Part shown: positions 11,887-24,072 of the stretch, one piece after another
Layout of the letters: every line of letters starts with the position of its first letter
Numbering within the stretch: the first letter of the stretch is position 1
Origin: Schizosaccharomyces osmophilus
Taxonomy: Eukaryota
Assembly (NCBI RefSeq): GCF_027921745.1
Contig: NC_079240.1
Location: 496,001 to 560,000 of the forward strand
Direction of reading: 5' to 3'
DNA length: 64,000 bases
Position numbers and translations under genes: made by a program
The notes under the pieces: model-generated
The model's input: the letters and a program-made list of their open reading frames with translations, nothing else
Databases searched by the model: none
Told to the model about the DNA's origin: nothing

Positions 11887-13358
11887 TTTGAAAGGCTTTT
11901 TGTTTTGTGAACACGAGAGTGGTAGAGGAAGAATTGAGGTGTACCGAAGAGGCAACTGGAAGGTATACCAAGCTTCCTACGTAAAAGCAACCATTTTCTA
12001 CTTGAATCCAATCTATTTTTAAAGTAAAATGTAAACTCTTTAAACTCAATTCATAAATGCATGATATCTTTTTGTTTTCTTGAGCTGGAGACCAAGAAAA
12101 TTTCGATCATCAAAGGCCACATAGAAACAAGTCATGACCATTGAGAAGAATATTTCCTATATTAGTATTACCAAAATCAGCAATCCATTACCTATAAATA
12201 AGCTCAATTCTATGTACATCGGTCTTTCAAAACTTCCTTCAAATATTTTTTAATTTACTTTGTTTACTACCAAACTCGTTTGTAGTACGTAAATATATAG
12301 CGCGGGCTCAATTAGTAAATATTTACAAAGTAGATTTATTTGGAAACAGAAAAAACCATTCCAAGAAGCATGTTTTGTTTCACATAAACAACTTTTAATC
12401 AACTCGTTTTCATTTCATTTGTACTCTAAAGAAATCAAAGCTTTTTCGGAATGGTGCCATTATGCTACATCACTACAAGATGAAAGAAAAGCATTGCTCA
12501 TCTGTAGTTCCTGAATACCATTTTAGATACTCTTTCACTATGCTTTAACATTCAGTCTTTCAGTGCACAGGAAAAGGGCAGAAGCCATATCCTCGTTTGT
12601 ATGATTTCATTGAACTGATGCAGTAGGTTTCTGGAGAAAAGATCAATTGAAAGGTAGGAAAATACAAAATGCAAGGTTGAGAAAAGAATGGATTACCTCA
12701 AGAGAGAATGGATAACAAAACCATGGGTTTCTCCCGATACCTCCATGGCAATTTCGCAACAGCTGTTTGGCAACTAGCTTTCCAGATCTATCCAAGAAGC
12801 AAGGCTTCTTTTTCTATAGAAAACCAAATAGAAGTCCTTGAGAATCCGTGCTTCATTGTCAAATTAGAATCAAATTGTTTATTTACGATTATACCGCAAT
12901 TTAGCATAAGGCGAAAAAATAATCGTTACTAGTAGTATAGGAGCAGAATAAGCAGAATTCCTCGAAGCCGAACGATAGAGAGAAGAGAACAAAAAAAAAA
13001 AAAAAAAAAGATATCCATCTGCCAACTACCACCTCTAATTCAATATTCCCATTGTTTTCCGACTGTCTTAAACCGAAAATATTTTCCCTGTCTGGACTCT
13101 GTGTTCGTAATTGAATAAAGCTGCCGCGAAGCTATCGTAAACAACAATTTGTTATTTTTTCGTTCTAAAAGCATTGGAGGATATTGAATGAACCATTAGG
13201 CTGGAAACTTTTTTTGGGTACAATTCAAGTTTGTTGTCGTTCTCAAAAATTGGTATATATTGTTGGACACTTGGATAGTGGTCTTTGTTTTTCTTTTTCT
13301 TTTTTGAGACGTCTTTCTGTTTGATTCCTTTAATTTTGGAATATTATATTTACGAAAC

Positions 13359-14521
13359 ATGCCGATTTCTAGTCATTCTCATAGTGGACAGTAAGGGTGA
13401 CCATGATGATGCGTGGTAGAGTATTAACGGACATAGATTTTGTTTACATGCTCAGGGTACCCTTGAGCAGGTTATTCAAGAAGCTATCCGACAGGGATTT
13501 CACACATTTTCATTTACTGAACATTGTCCTCGAAAATACACAGAGGATTTATATCCAGAAGAAGTGAGTAGTCTATCCTTCTAAGTTTCACAGATGAATC
13601 TTTTGCTTTCTTACCCTTTTTCTTTTCTCGTTCTTAATAAAACGATGAAGAAGGCGGGAATGAAGGGGTTGATGTGGGATATCTTTTTCAAAAACCAGAA
13701 ACTGACCAATGTCAATTTAGTCCCATTTAACTCCCGATGATTTACTTCATACATTTGATGAGTATATCCGCACTGCAAAACAGCTTCGAGAGAAATACGC
13801 AGACAAAATTCAAATTTTAATAGGATCTGAGACAGAATACATTCGCCCAGACTCCATTGACCTTTTACGGAAGCTGGTCGCAAAGTACGATTTGGACTAT
13901 TTAGTAGGTAGTGTGCATCATGTGAATACAATTCCAATCGATTTCTCAGTCGAACTTTGGCACAAAGCTTTAGAACATGTTAGTGGAGATTACGAAAAGC
14001 TTTTCATGGACTATTTCGATCATCAGTATACCCTCTTGGCATCTTTACAACCCCTTGTCGTTGCCCATTTTGACTTGATATGCTTGTATGCAAACGAAGA
14101 AGCTATGAAGGTGTTTACGAATTCATCTAAGGTTTGGGAAGCCATTGAACGAAACATAAAATATGTGAGTAGCTACGGTGGTGTATTTGAAATTAACACC
14201 TCTGCTTTTCGAAAAGGATGGTCTGTCGCTTACCCCAAACCTCAATTAATCAAGGTATGTTTCTAAATCAAGAGTCACTGTATTAACCATTGACAGTTAA
14301 TGCAAAAACATAATGGCCGGTTTACCTTGTCTGATGACAGCCATGGTCCTCATCAAGTAGGTCTAAATTATCATCGGGGCAAAGCATATCTAGAAAACGA
14401 AGGCATCCATGCACTCGCTGTTTTTTCGCGTAGCTCTAAGGAGACTCCTACTACTTACCAGATGATTCCTGTTTCCCAAATATGGTCTACTTTCGTAGGG
14501 AAGAATGGTGTATCTCCATAG
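13359..14521 (+). CDS. PHP-family histidinol-phosphatase (S. cerevisiae His2-like); exons 13359-13390, 13437-13563, 13721-14254, 14297-14521
   Basis: Spliced product has SHSHSGQFCLHA, FTEHCP, GSETE, DYLVGSVHH, AHFDL, EINTS and SDDSHG (PHP metal-binding motifs). Three GT-AG introns with branch sites. Confidence 0.9.
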
Positions 14522-15366
14522 AGCTAGGGTTTCACTGTAACACACATAAACATTTCGCTGTTACTGTATTTTACATTCGCAAGAAACGAAATGGGTCTTC
14601 ACACTTTACTGCAACGCGAAATACCTACAATGCATCATTGTGCTCTCGTTTTTACATATTTAAAGTTGAATATTTTATTCCATTTTGCTGAATTGTGATT
14701 AATCTCAATATTCAAAGAATTGAAGAAAAGTCAAATAATCGCGAATAAGTCAGCAAAACCAAGGGATCTAATTAAATAGAAGAAGACTATTACAACACAA
14801 TCAGCAAATATTTTATGTAACTAAGGAATAACAGGTCCAAAACAGGTTGCATTGTGCTATGTTCTTTCTCTCATTATGAAACTCATATTCTCAGATTTGT
14901 GAATCCCAAAGACATGAACCGATCTAGGAAAAGCCAAAAGGCTTCTTTTTATTCAGGGAACTAAAAACATGACCGCAAATGAACTTTCATTAGCATATCC
15001 AGTGCATCATGTTTCTATGTTCGAAAAGGGAACTACAATACATCATGAACGGCTCGTAAAGGATTAAAGGGAACGAGGAATTAAGGAGCTGTTGGAACGG
15101 AAAGGAAATAAAATAAAACGTGAGAAGAAACGAAATATGCAGCGAAATCTCGTTATAAGCCAAATCAGGTTTGCCGATTAAAAAACAAAAATAAGGATGC
15201 CACAAACCACTGAAATCTGCAAGAAACCGGGCAAGATAAACAAGAAGGAATAAAAGAGAACAAAAAATAACACACAGCAAAGCCACACACCGGAGAAAGA
15301 ACGAGGGTAACGAGAAATGAATAGGTAGGGCAATCAGGCCCATCAAGTGAGAACGGATAGAATCAA

Positions 15367-16194
15367 TTAATGGTCAAGATTAGGGGCAATGCTAGAATGC
15401 AGACCACTGCGGATAGCATTCATATTAGGGCTCATATTTGCACCGATGTTCGTACCCATGTTAGCGCCCATATTTGTGCCCATATTGGGGGCCATATTTG
15501 GTGTCATACTTGGATTCATATTAACGCTGTGTGGTGGGCCATACGGGGAGTGAGTTTCCATCTTTGCCAAGATGTCATTGTGATCGAGGAGCTGATGAAT
15601 ACGCTTATTATCGGTGTATAATTCTTCCACACGGGCGCTAAGCTGCATAATTTTTTCTTCGTTATCATGAAGATGTTTTGAAAGAAAATTGACCTTGGCT
15701 ACTAACATGTCAACGTTTTGTTGGTCTTCAGTAAGCTTTTTAAGGCGTTCGTTTATTTCATCATTACAATCACACTTTCGTTTACCGACCAAGAATTTTT
15801 CACGATATTGTTGTAGTTCACTCAAACGAGCTTTCCATTCATCACACAATTGATCGAGTTCGTCTTCTTCAGGAGTAGTTTTCATGCCAGGTTGACGATG
15901 GGCAAGGCGTTGTTCGTAAACACGCATAATAGAGATTATTTGATTACGGCAGGCGGATTCAGTATGGATGGCAAGTCCTTCGTTCTCATAACCGATACGA
16001 GCGATTTTTGCATAGAACTCGCTGGTCTTGCGGTCGACTAATTCATGCTTGTGTTGGACAACCAAGCGCATCAATTTAATCTTTTCTTCCAAAGATAGGT
16101 GCGTACGCTGGGCTTTGGCAGGAGAGGAACTAGGAGAGAGAGAAGCATTTTTTCGTTTATAACTCTTCAACTCCATTTTAGGTCCTGCCTCCAT
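15367..16194 (-). CDS. sap1: Switch-activating protein Sap1 (DNA-binding, replication fork barrier factor)
   Basis: MELKSYKRKNASLSPSSSPAKAQRTHLSLEEKIKLMRLVV..., coiled coil and NMGx-repeat tail are characteristic of Sap1. First ATG is at 16194. Confidence 0.95.
   Translation of the reverse strand: MEAGPKMELKSYKRKNASLSPSSSPAKAQRTHLSLEEKIKLMRLVVQHKHELVDRKTSEFYAKIARIGYENEGLAIHTESACRNQIISIMRVYEQRLAHRQPGMKTTPEEDELDQLCDEWKARLSELQQYREKFLVGKRKCDCNDEINERLKKLTEDQQNVDMLVAKVNFLSKHLHDNEEKIMQLSARVEELYTDNKRIHQLLDHNDILAKMETHSPYGPPHSVNMNPSMTPNMAPNMGTNMGANMGTNIGANMSPNMNAIRSGLHSSIAPNLDH
15415..15522. repeat. 12-bp coding minisatellite (about nine NMxx tetrapeptides) in the Sap1 C-terminus
   Basis: catatt-type hexamers recur every 12 bp (15421, 15433 ... 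15517); protein NMNP-SMTP-NMAP-NMGT-NMGA-NMGT-NIGA-NMSP-NMNA. Confidence 0.85.
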
Positions 16195-18839
16195 ACCTGC
16201 AAACAATGAGGGATCCGTCTTGGGCAACTGGGGTGAAACTTGGTGCTTGAGGTAGCAAGCGCCAAATTTCGGAAAATGGGGGAAACCGAAAAAGAAGAGC
16301 GGGCGTAACGACGCGCGCTTAAATGCAAAGAATGCGAAAGGAAGAAAGCGAGTTGCTGGAAGGATGGACTACGGTGACGATAAAAACGACGACTGAGTCC
16401 AAAAGAAATCTACCAACAAGAAAGAAAGTGTTACTGAACCGGAAAGGGATACAATGAAAAGGTTCAGATCAGTTCAACGACAATCAAGAACGATAAACGT
16501 TGAAATAATCAATCAAAGCAAGGGTCCAACAGCAACAATAAACAAAATCTGCTGAACGAGGAATCAACCGAAACAAACAACTAAGCACGGTAATCCAAGG
16601 TAATCGAGAGATTCAAGAAGGGAACGTTGAAAGAATACAACGACTAGCAACGAAAGCTGTTTTATAGAAAAGGCAAAAGTTTTGTAGCGTTCGCTTCGTA
16701 GGGAAAAAAATAGTGAGACGAAGAATCCCAAGAGCGTAAAAAGTGGATTTCGAGGACAAGTGAAACCACAATAAGAAACACGTTTCAGAAATCAAAAAGC
16801 TATTCAAAATTTAAAGCTTTCGATGTAAAAGAGTCAAAAGCAGAAAGTCCTACTTAAACAGAAGAAAGATGCTTTAGGAAGAAGAAAAAAGTAAAGCAAA
16901 TGGAGGTTGGTGCGTGGTAGAGGACGAGTTCGTTGGGATACGCAGCACTCTTATTAAGATCGAGTGCCACCAAAATGCAGACAGGTTCAGTAATGATGAC
17001 ATACGGCGGGGAAAAGAAGTCGTCACAAGATAGCACTAAGAACCAATTAGAGAAGGCAGAGAATGCTGAAAGAATTCTCGAACGTATGATAGCGGAATAC
17101 TGCGAACACTAACCAACGAGTGACGTTATTTATGGAAGGCGTGATTGGGTCATCGTTAGGGAACGCTTGAGCGGATACGGAAAGACAAAATTTGCGTTTA
17201 AGGAGACGTAAGAGGAAGGAGATCGAAGGAACCCCTTGATAAGCCTTAATTACACAATCGAACGATACTCGTTTGAGGAAATAGTGGTCAAAAGTAGGGT
17301 AGGAGCTGGTACCCCGACAAAACCGAATAGGGGAACGCAAAAAGCATCGGTAAATGGAATTCGATGGAACATTGCTAGGGTCAGTCCATGCAAGGGTATA
17401 GGAGGGAGTCGAACAGAAAATAAATAAACAAAAGAGGTAAATGATAAATAATAAAAAAGAAATAAAAGAGGAGGATTGGAGGGAAAAAGAGAGGATCGTG
17501 TTATAAAATTAATTTTTGTTTTTATTTTGTTAAAGTAAAAAGTAGAAAAAGAAACAGGAAAATTGAATTACTGATATATGGGAGACTTGGTTTGACGAGA
17601 TAGTTGGATTGAATTTCGATAATAGTTTGTTCACTTGTTGTTGATAAGAAATTCAAGAAAACAAAACCATGACGGTTTGAAGGAAGGATCGTTGATTGCT
17701 ATTAAATCGATCCTTCTGCAGTCTTATAAAGGAGGTACTGACTATAAATGGAAATTGTGATACTGTAAACAGTCCAACTTGAATTGCAACGATACGCTTC
17801 CAAAATACAAAGGATTTATATTGGTAAAACAAACAATTTTCTGTCTCCAACTCTGTGAGTTCTTGTCTTTCCACTACGAATACTTCCTATTGCCAACCCA
17901 CGTTGATACCTGACAGGTAACGTAACGTCCTGCATAGTTATGAAAACGATTCCTTGTCCATCTCATAAACTCCAGCTCAAAGATTTCTATAAAGAAGAAA
18001 AACTAAGAAAAGTAATATTTTGCGTTAAAAAATAACAGAGCGACCTCTTCCTTTTCAGGGCTACTAGTAAATCATAAGAGTTACTTTTTAAGTGAAACAA
18101 CTTCAAACTTTTGGACGAGTGTTTCCATGTCGAATCATTTCTTATAGGAACGATGTTGGTTGTTTCCATGATTGCTCCTTCAAATTCCTTTTGAGAGGGC
18201 TACTTTTTCTAGAGCTCCATAACACAGGATCAGCTTTCTTATGAATGTTTCTCATAATGTCCCCTGGAAACAACATGGTCATCACCAAAATAATCAACAT
18301 TTATTTTCGTATGTTAAAGAATTTTTAAGGACCACTTGCTTTCTATTTTCTCTTTCTTCTTGATTCTAAATAGATATTTGGTGGGAAATACATTCTTTAT
18401 CCTTCCATTCACAAAGTGCCAGCGCCATACAAAACATTCATACAAAGAAGAATTCTGGACGAACGAAAACCAAATTGGAACCTTTTGTCAATCCAATATA
18501 AACTTCACCCATTAGACTACACATGTCGAAGCAGAAAAGCTTTCCTCCACTACAAACTGTAAACCAAATGTTGGATCCAGCAATGAAAATTCCTAAAGAT
18601 TCATCCTAAACAAATAAAAATGCACCTGTTTGTGAGAACGTATACAAATAAATATCATTATAATATTCATACGCTAAGGAGCCTCTAATTTCTAGTGAGC
18701 AAGACTGCATGCTAGTTCTAACGAAACGATATACGCTGATAACAAAAAAAAAAAAAAAAAGAGAGTTGAAGGGGCACCATTATGGAAAGTGAACGTAAAC
18801 ACCCGACGCTTAAAACAATACATAGGAACGGAAATGATA

Positions 18840-20432
18840 TCAAGTACTTCGTAAAAATCGCTTCCTCTCTACGGAGTTAGTTTTCCTATAATCTTCATTT
18901 TCATCCGTGTGTTTCCATGGTTTCGCATGTACTTTTCCATCGTTCACACATTGCGTGACCGGTAATAATTTCGTCTTTGTAAATGATTCCAGTATTTCCC
19001 GAAGACGAAGAGATTTTTTTTCAGTTGATATTGCAGTATCCATATAGAGGGAAGCAAGGTTCAGGCTCACAGGACTTATGTCTTCAATTTTACATTCAGT
19101 ACCAGCAATAAGCTTTCCATTGACCCAAACCTGGGCAATATTGCGATCGTCACCATTGAACACCCATTTACTCAAGATGTGTTCCCAACTATCATGTTCG
19201 TAAATGTCTATGGGTGAATTATTTTGAGAAGAAACATCTATGACAAGAGCATCCCAATCCTTTCCTTCTTCAAAACTACCGACTTCACGACCACGGCCCA
19301 AGACTTCAGCACCGCCTTGTGTAGCAAGATACAAAAGTTCAGGAAGTTCCAAAATAATTCTTGGATCCTTCAAAACTGAAGCTAGTGAGCGTGATGTAAG
19401 AGCTGCTTGACGAATCGCAACAAGCATATTTGGAGTATAACCGCCAGATACATCTGTTCCCAAAGAAACTTTGACCCCGGCATTTAAAAGTTTGCGAACA
19501 TTTGCCATACCGCTGGCTAAAACGGCATTACTAGTCGGGCAATGAGAAATACCGCTTTGCCGTTTATAGATCGTTTCGATTTCTTCGTCCTCTAGATAAA
19601 CACCATGTGCTAAAATGGTTTTCGGAGTCAATAAGTTATAATGGTCATAAACATCGGTATACGATTTTCGATCAGGAAACATTTCCCGCACGAGAGCAAT
19701 TTCCCCCGGATTTTCAGACACATGGGTCTGGATAGGCAAACCATGAGTAGCGGCAAACTTTCCACAGGATTGCAGTAAATCTTTGGTACAAGAAGGTGCA
19801 AATCTTGGGGTGACTATGGGAGAAACGATCTTACGCTCGGGATCAAGTTGAGACATAAATGATACAAGTACATTGGTAGCCTCAATGGAGGACTCCGAAG
19901 ACTTTTCACAATAGTGAGGAGGAGAAAGGGTGTTCATATTGCATTTACCAATGTATGCCCGTTGACCAAAGAGGAAGCAGAGTTCCGCAAGTAGAGCTGA
20001 GGCAGGAGCGTGAAGAGAAGAAAAGTAGCTAGCAAACGTAGTACCATAAGCAAGTGTTCGAGTAACTATACGGTAATATATTTCTAAAGCCTTATCCAAA
20101 TTACGGAAAGAGGATTCTAGTGGAAAAGTATACTTTTCAAGCCATTTCAACAAGGGGACATCAATGCCGAAACCAGCGTTTGGATATTGTGGTGCATGAA
20201 TGTGCGTATCAATAAATCCCGGAAAAAAGAATTGTGAGGGCTTTAGTATTTGTACCTTGGCATTCTTTAACATATGATGAGACTTTGCGAGATGAATGGT
20301 TTCATCTGTAACGGATTTTGCAAGAAAGACAATTTTGCTTTGATGCACACCAACAGTTGCGTCTTCAATCTCTAGTGTTCCAAGAGAAGGGGTATGTATG
20401 AGTTTTCCTACAAAGATGATATTTTCAGCCAT
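18840..20432 (-). CDS. gud1: Guanine deaminase (amidohydrolase family)
   Basis: PGFIDTHIHAPQY, TPRFAPSC, QTHVSEN, LAHGVYL, HCPTSN, LGTDVSGG, GDDRNI motifs. Confidence 0.93.
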   Translation of the reverse strand: MAENIIFVGKLIHTPSLGTLEIEDATVGVHQSKIVFLAKSVTDETIHLAKSHHMLKNAKVQILKPSQFFFPGFIDTHIHAPQYPNAGFGIDVPLLKWLEKYTFPLESSFRNLDKALEIYYRIVTRTLAYGTTFASYFSSLHAPASALLAELCFLFGQRAYIGKCNMNTLSPPHYCEKSSESSIEATNVLVSFMSQLDPERKIVSPIVTPRFAPSCTKDLLQSCGKFAATHGLPIQTHVSENPGEIALVREMFPDRKSYTDVYDHYNLLTPKTILAHGVYLEDEEIETIYKRQSGISHCPTSNAVLASGMANVRKLLNAGVKVSLGTDVSGGYTPNMLVAIRQAALTSRSLASVLKDPRIILELPELLYLATQGGAEVLGRGREVGSFEEGKDWDALVIDVSSQNNSPIDIYEHDSWEHILSKWVFNGDDRNIAQVWVNGKLIAGTECKIEDISPVSLNLASLYMDTAISTEKKSLRLREILESFTKTKLLPVTQCVNDGKVHAKPWKHTDENEDYRKTNSVERKRFLRST

Positions 20433-21362
20433 CTTTAGAATTGAACGCGAAGAAAAAGTGTTGTTAGATTAATCTTCAAATCAATTTCACTTCAACTTCA
20501 GTATCACGGTGTAAATACAGCAAAGCCGACAGCAGTAGACAGCACTCGGTGTGACTTTAAGAATTTATGGGCAGCCGATTGCAACGCTTTTGCAAATGGT
20601 AGAGATGATCGGTCAAGAGTGACTCCTCTTCTGTATGTACGTATGGATGCCTCAGCAAATTTAGAATTCAGAAATAAAATTTCGACAGAAAGGAAGGGTC
20701 GTAAGGAAGATTGCTGGTAGCTTCTTGCAAACTCAAGACTACTTACTTTCCTAAGGTCTATATATGAAAAAAATATCTAAATTAAGCCTTGTAATAATCT
20801 ACACTCCAACAACAGATATTGTTACGATAGAGCAATCCTATCTTTCGGACGTAATTTGTACTCAAAGCTTTTGAAGGTAAGCCAAACGAGTTTCCACTAA
20901 ATGAACTATACACGATGTAAAAATGAAATGTCTGGCTTCAAGTCCGATCCAACGATTTTGTGAGGTTCGTTAACGTCTTGAACAAAAACGATAGGAATGA
21001 GTTAGGTTGTGTACACTTCGAATGTAAACAGCCTCAAAAAATCCGTAAATTTAGCTAAACCCAACAAAAAAATCCAGGATCCGGTAAGTGCAAAATCTGT
21101 ATGACACCTTTCTTGCTTTTCTCTTTACTTCTTTATTTTGTAACAGAATGCCAACCCTGCAACTCAAGTAACAACCGACACTGTTACCTTATTTCGAGGA
21201 AAAAAATGGCAATGTTCTAAGAGCAGTTGCAAGTATTCCTAGGAATTTTATAGTTCCATAGCTCTATAGCGAAAAGCAAGTAGAAAAGTATGCTAGGACA
21301 GTTCGAAGCATTCATGGCATGCTTTGGACCAAATAGGAAAAGAATGCCTACTCGTATTCTAA

Positions 21363-22084
21363 TCATTCTTTCTTTGAATCTGATTTTTCTGCTCCCTCGT
21401 CTTCAAAGCCCAAATTACTCATGTCATCTTGCCCGAAAAGACCTGCGTCCATGCGACATTGGAGATACTTTTTGGCAAGCGGTCGACATTCCTGTTGTCG
21501 ACTTCGATTCGTTTTAATGCATTCCAAATACTCTTTCATGACAATTGTGCATTCGCCTATATTTGAGAAACATATTAGTCTAAAAGTAAGAAATTCTTCC
21601 CATCCATACCGAAATGATCTAATGGAAAACTGCCTCTCTCAGGAGGTTCCTTGCTTGTCATAGGCATCGATCCACCAGCTAAAATGCATATTTAATAAAC
21701 TGTTCTTTTACGGTAACTAATAAACTAATAAAGAAGGAATGAACGAAGTACCGTAAGCTCATCTTTTCGAAACCGTCATTAATGATCAAATGGATAAACA
21801 CCCAGCATCTATAGTATCCATAGTACAAGGGAAGAAAGCTCAATAATCCATATCAAATTACTTTTAAAAGCCTAATCTCTTGTAGATTGAAAAATATTCT
21901 CATTTCTTCAAGTTCCTTCAATGTTGCTTGGGCCCAAATGATCTGCAAGCAATTGACACGAGCTTTCAGCGATTCAAAAAATCAGTCTTTCCATAAAAAG
22001 GGTCGTAACTTTCATAAACGTGTTTCTCTCCTGGCAAACAGCTTTCGTCCGTCTTCTTTCTTACTTACCTGCTCCAAAAGACAT
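21363..22084 (-). CDS. cox19: Twin CX9C mitochondrial copper chaperone Cox19, 92 aa; exons 22084-22069, 21678-21610, 21556-21363 (absent from the ORF track)
   Basis: Spliced translation [41 protein letters not shown]...ECRPLAKKYLQCRMDAGLFGQDDMSNLGF has the [11 protein letters not shown] signature and two CX9C motifs. Exon 1 (ATG TCT TTT GGA GCA G|GTAAGT) is less certain. Confidence 0.9.
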
Positions 22085-22600
22085 CTTGTAAACGAATCCT
22101 TTATCTTTTTTAATGAATAAGTTTAAAAACCAATTAGAAAAAAAAAGGATATAACTATAGTCCTTAATCCCTTCAGAAATTATTTTTCGTAGTTGCGTTC
22201 TGTACTTTCAATTTATGAATTCTCAAGTGCCACAATTCATTTCTCATTTTTCTCTCGACCCATACGTTACACTTTCTTTTTTGTTTTATTTCTAATAAAA
22301 GAACAAATTTTTTTTTAATGCTTTACAAACATTACCTTTGTCCTGTGAAGACCTCTATTCCAAATTTACTTGACTATACAATTCTTTGGTCATTTCACTA
22401 GTTGATAAGTAAGGATACATATTGTACAAGTCACCCCAATATAAGGTTCGAAAATTTAAAATATAATATTATTCTACAAAGAGAGCTTCCAACTAAATAT
22501 CCAAGTACAGTTAGAAACGAAGCATCTTGCTTTTATTACCAATACCTCATTTCAAACTCTAAATCTACACACCAACACCTAACACCTTGAGCCTGTAATC

Positions 22601-23809
22601 TTATGCTTGCTTTGCATCGTCAGCAGGCTTCTCTTGTGAAGACTCAAGGACGGGGGCTGCAGGGGACTGCGTCTGTTCGGCCTCAGGTTGTTTGTCTGTA
22701 TTATCCTTCTTAGCACTCTTCTTTTTGTCCTTTTTGTCTTTCTTAGCCTTCTTCGCGTCCTTTGGATCGGGATAAGCCAACTTTACAACTCCCTCCATAT
22801 CGGGATAGGACTTCAATTCAGCCTGAACCGAGGCAAGCAAAGCATTGATGGATGCTTGTAATCCATCCTTCAAATCTTGAGGAGCTAGGGTATTTGCTAC
22901 ATAGGCTTTCTCCAAGTCCTCATAACTGGCAAAGATAATCTTTCCACCATACTTTTCAGGACGGTCAATGACAAATTCCTTTTCACCGCGCATCTTCATA
23001 GCAGGAAAAGAAACATGCTTCAAAAATGCAAGACAGCCATTTTCTTCCACAACGCCAGGCTCACAAAAAGCACTACGAATCTTTTTCTTTACGACATTAG
23101 GTTCGTCCAACAAGTCAATTTTAGCATTAGCACCTGCAGAAGCAGACATTTTACCGCCTGCCAAACTGGGCACCATAGGGTTCATAAGATGTGAGCGCTT
23201 CTTGTAACCCACCATAGGAAGAAGCTTTTCAGCCAAGATAAAAATTTTACGTTGATCAACACCGCCAAATTGAACATCAACGTTCAAGTATTGTTCATCA
23301 AGAGCTTGCATACCAGGGTACATCAAACTAGAAAGTAAAGGACTGGCCACTTGCTTAACGACTTCAGCACCCGCACGCATAGCGTCGTGTTCTGTAGTAA
23401 CAGCACAAGCACGGAAGTTATCCAAAGCATAGTCTTCCTTCAATTGATAACTAGATCCAACAACAAATTGTAATTTTTCAATGGGAACATTCAATGACTT
23501 TAAGATTGCCTTCATCACTAACTCGTAGTAGCGCACGCGATGTTGAACAAGCTCCATTGGTGCTTTCATATTATCCAAAAATGCATGAACATCAGCCAAA
23601 AGCACTTTTACATGAACACCAGCCTGTAAAAAGTCGGCAAGCTTCATCAAAGGTACGAAATAACCACAATGAGGACGACCAGTGGGAGCAGTACCGAAAT
23701 ATAGTTCAAGATCGCGTTCCTTCAAAATTTCGCGGATAGCATCTCCACCAAGAACCTCTTGTAAATTTCGAGTAATTAACTCGTACTTTTCATCAACGGA
23801 AAGAGCCAT
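22601..23809 (-). CDS. yrs1: Cytoplasmic tyrosyl-tRNA synthetase
   Basis: [14 protein letters not shown] (HIGH-like), [18 protein letters not shown] (KMSKS-like). Confidence 0.95.
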   Translation of the reverse strand: MALSVDEKYELITRNLQEVLGGDAIREILKERDLELYFGTAPTGRPHCGYFVPLMKLADFLQAGVHVKVLLADVHAFLDNMKAPMELVQHRVRYYELVMKAILKSLNVPIEKLQFVVGSSYQLKEDYALDNFRACAVTTEHDAMRAGAEVVKQVASPLLSSLMYPGMQALDEQYLNVDVQFGGVDQRKIFILAEKLLPMVGYKKRSHLMNPMVPSLAGGKMSASAGANAKIDLLDEPNVVKKKIRSAFCEPGVVEENGCLAFLKHVSFPAMKMRGEKEFVIDRPEKYGGKIIFASYEDLEKAYVANTLAPQDLKDGLQASINALLASVQAELKSYPDMEGVVKLAYPDPKDAKKAKKDKKDKKKSAKKDNTDKQPEAEQTQSPAAPVLESSQEKPADDAKQA

Positions 23810-24072
23810 TTTCAGCTGGAATCCCTATTCTATCAAGATGCAACGACACAAGATGTTGGTTGAGGCCCTACAATATACTGCCCTCCTTTTCTGCGTCTTT
23901 TTTAACGCGCGATTACCAAAGATAGATTGTCAACCCTATCTGGATTAACAAATCGCAACGATACTCGTTAAATACAATTCAAAACAGGAAAACATAAAAT
24001 TCCAGTAATTAAGATCGCTTAACGACAAGAGAGTCTTCCTGTCCGTCTATATCGTATGGCATAGTTTAATCC

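Noticed and set aside
12000..13350. 1.3-kb bpb1-histidinol-phosphatase interval containing a 74-aa ORF (12708-12932)
   Set aside because: No recognisable domain, LTR termini or repeat structure; treated as a divergent promoter region.
16195..16227. TTG-initiated N-terminal extension, or TTTGCAG acceptor, just before the sap1 ATG
   Set aside because: No branch consensus upstream and no support for non-AUG initiation; the ATG at 16194 matches the recalled Sap1 start.
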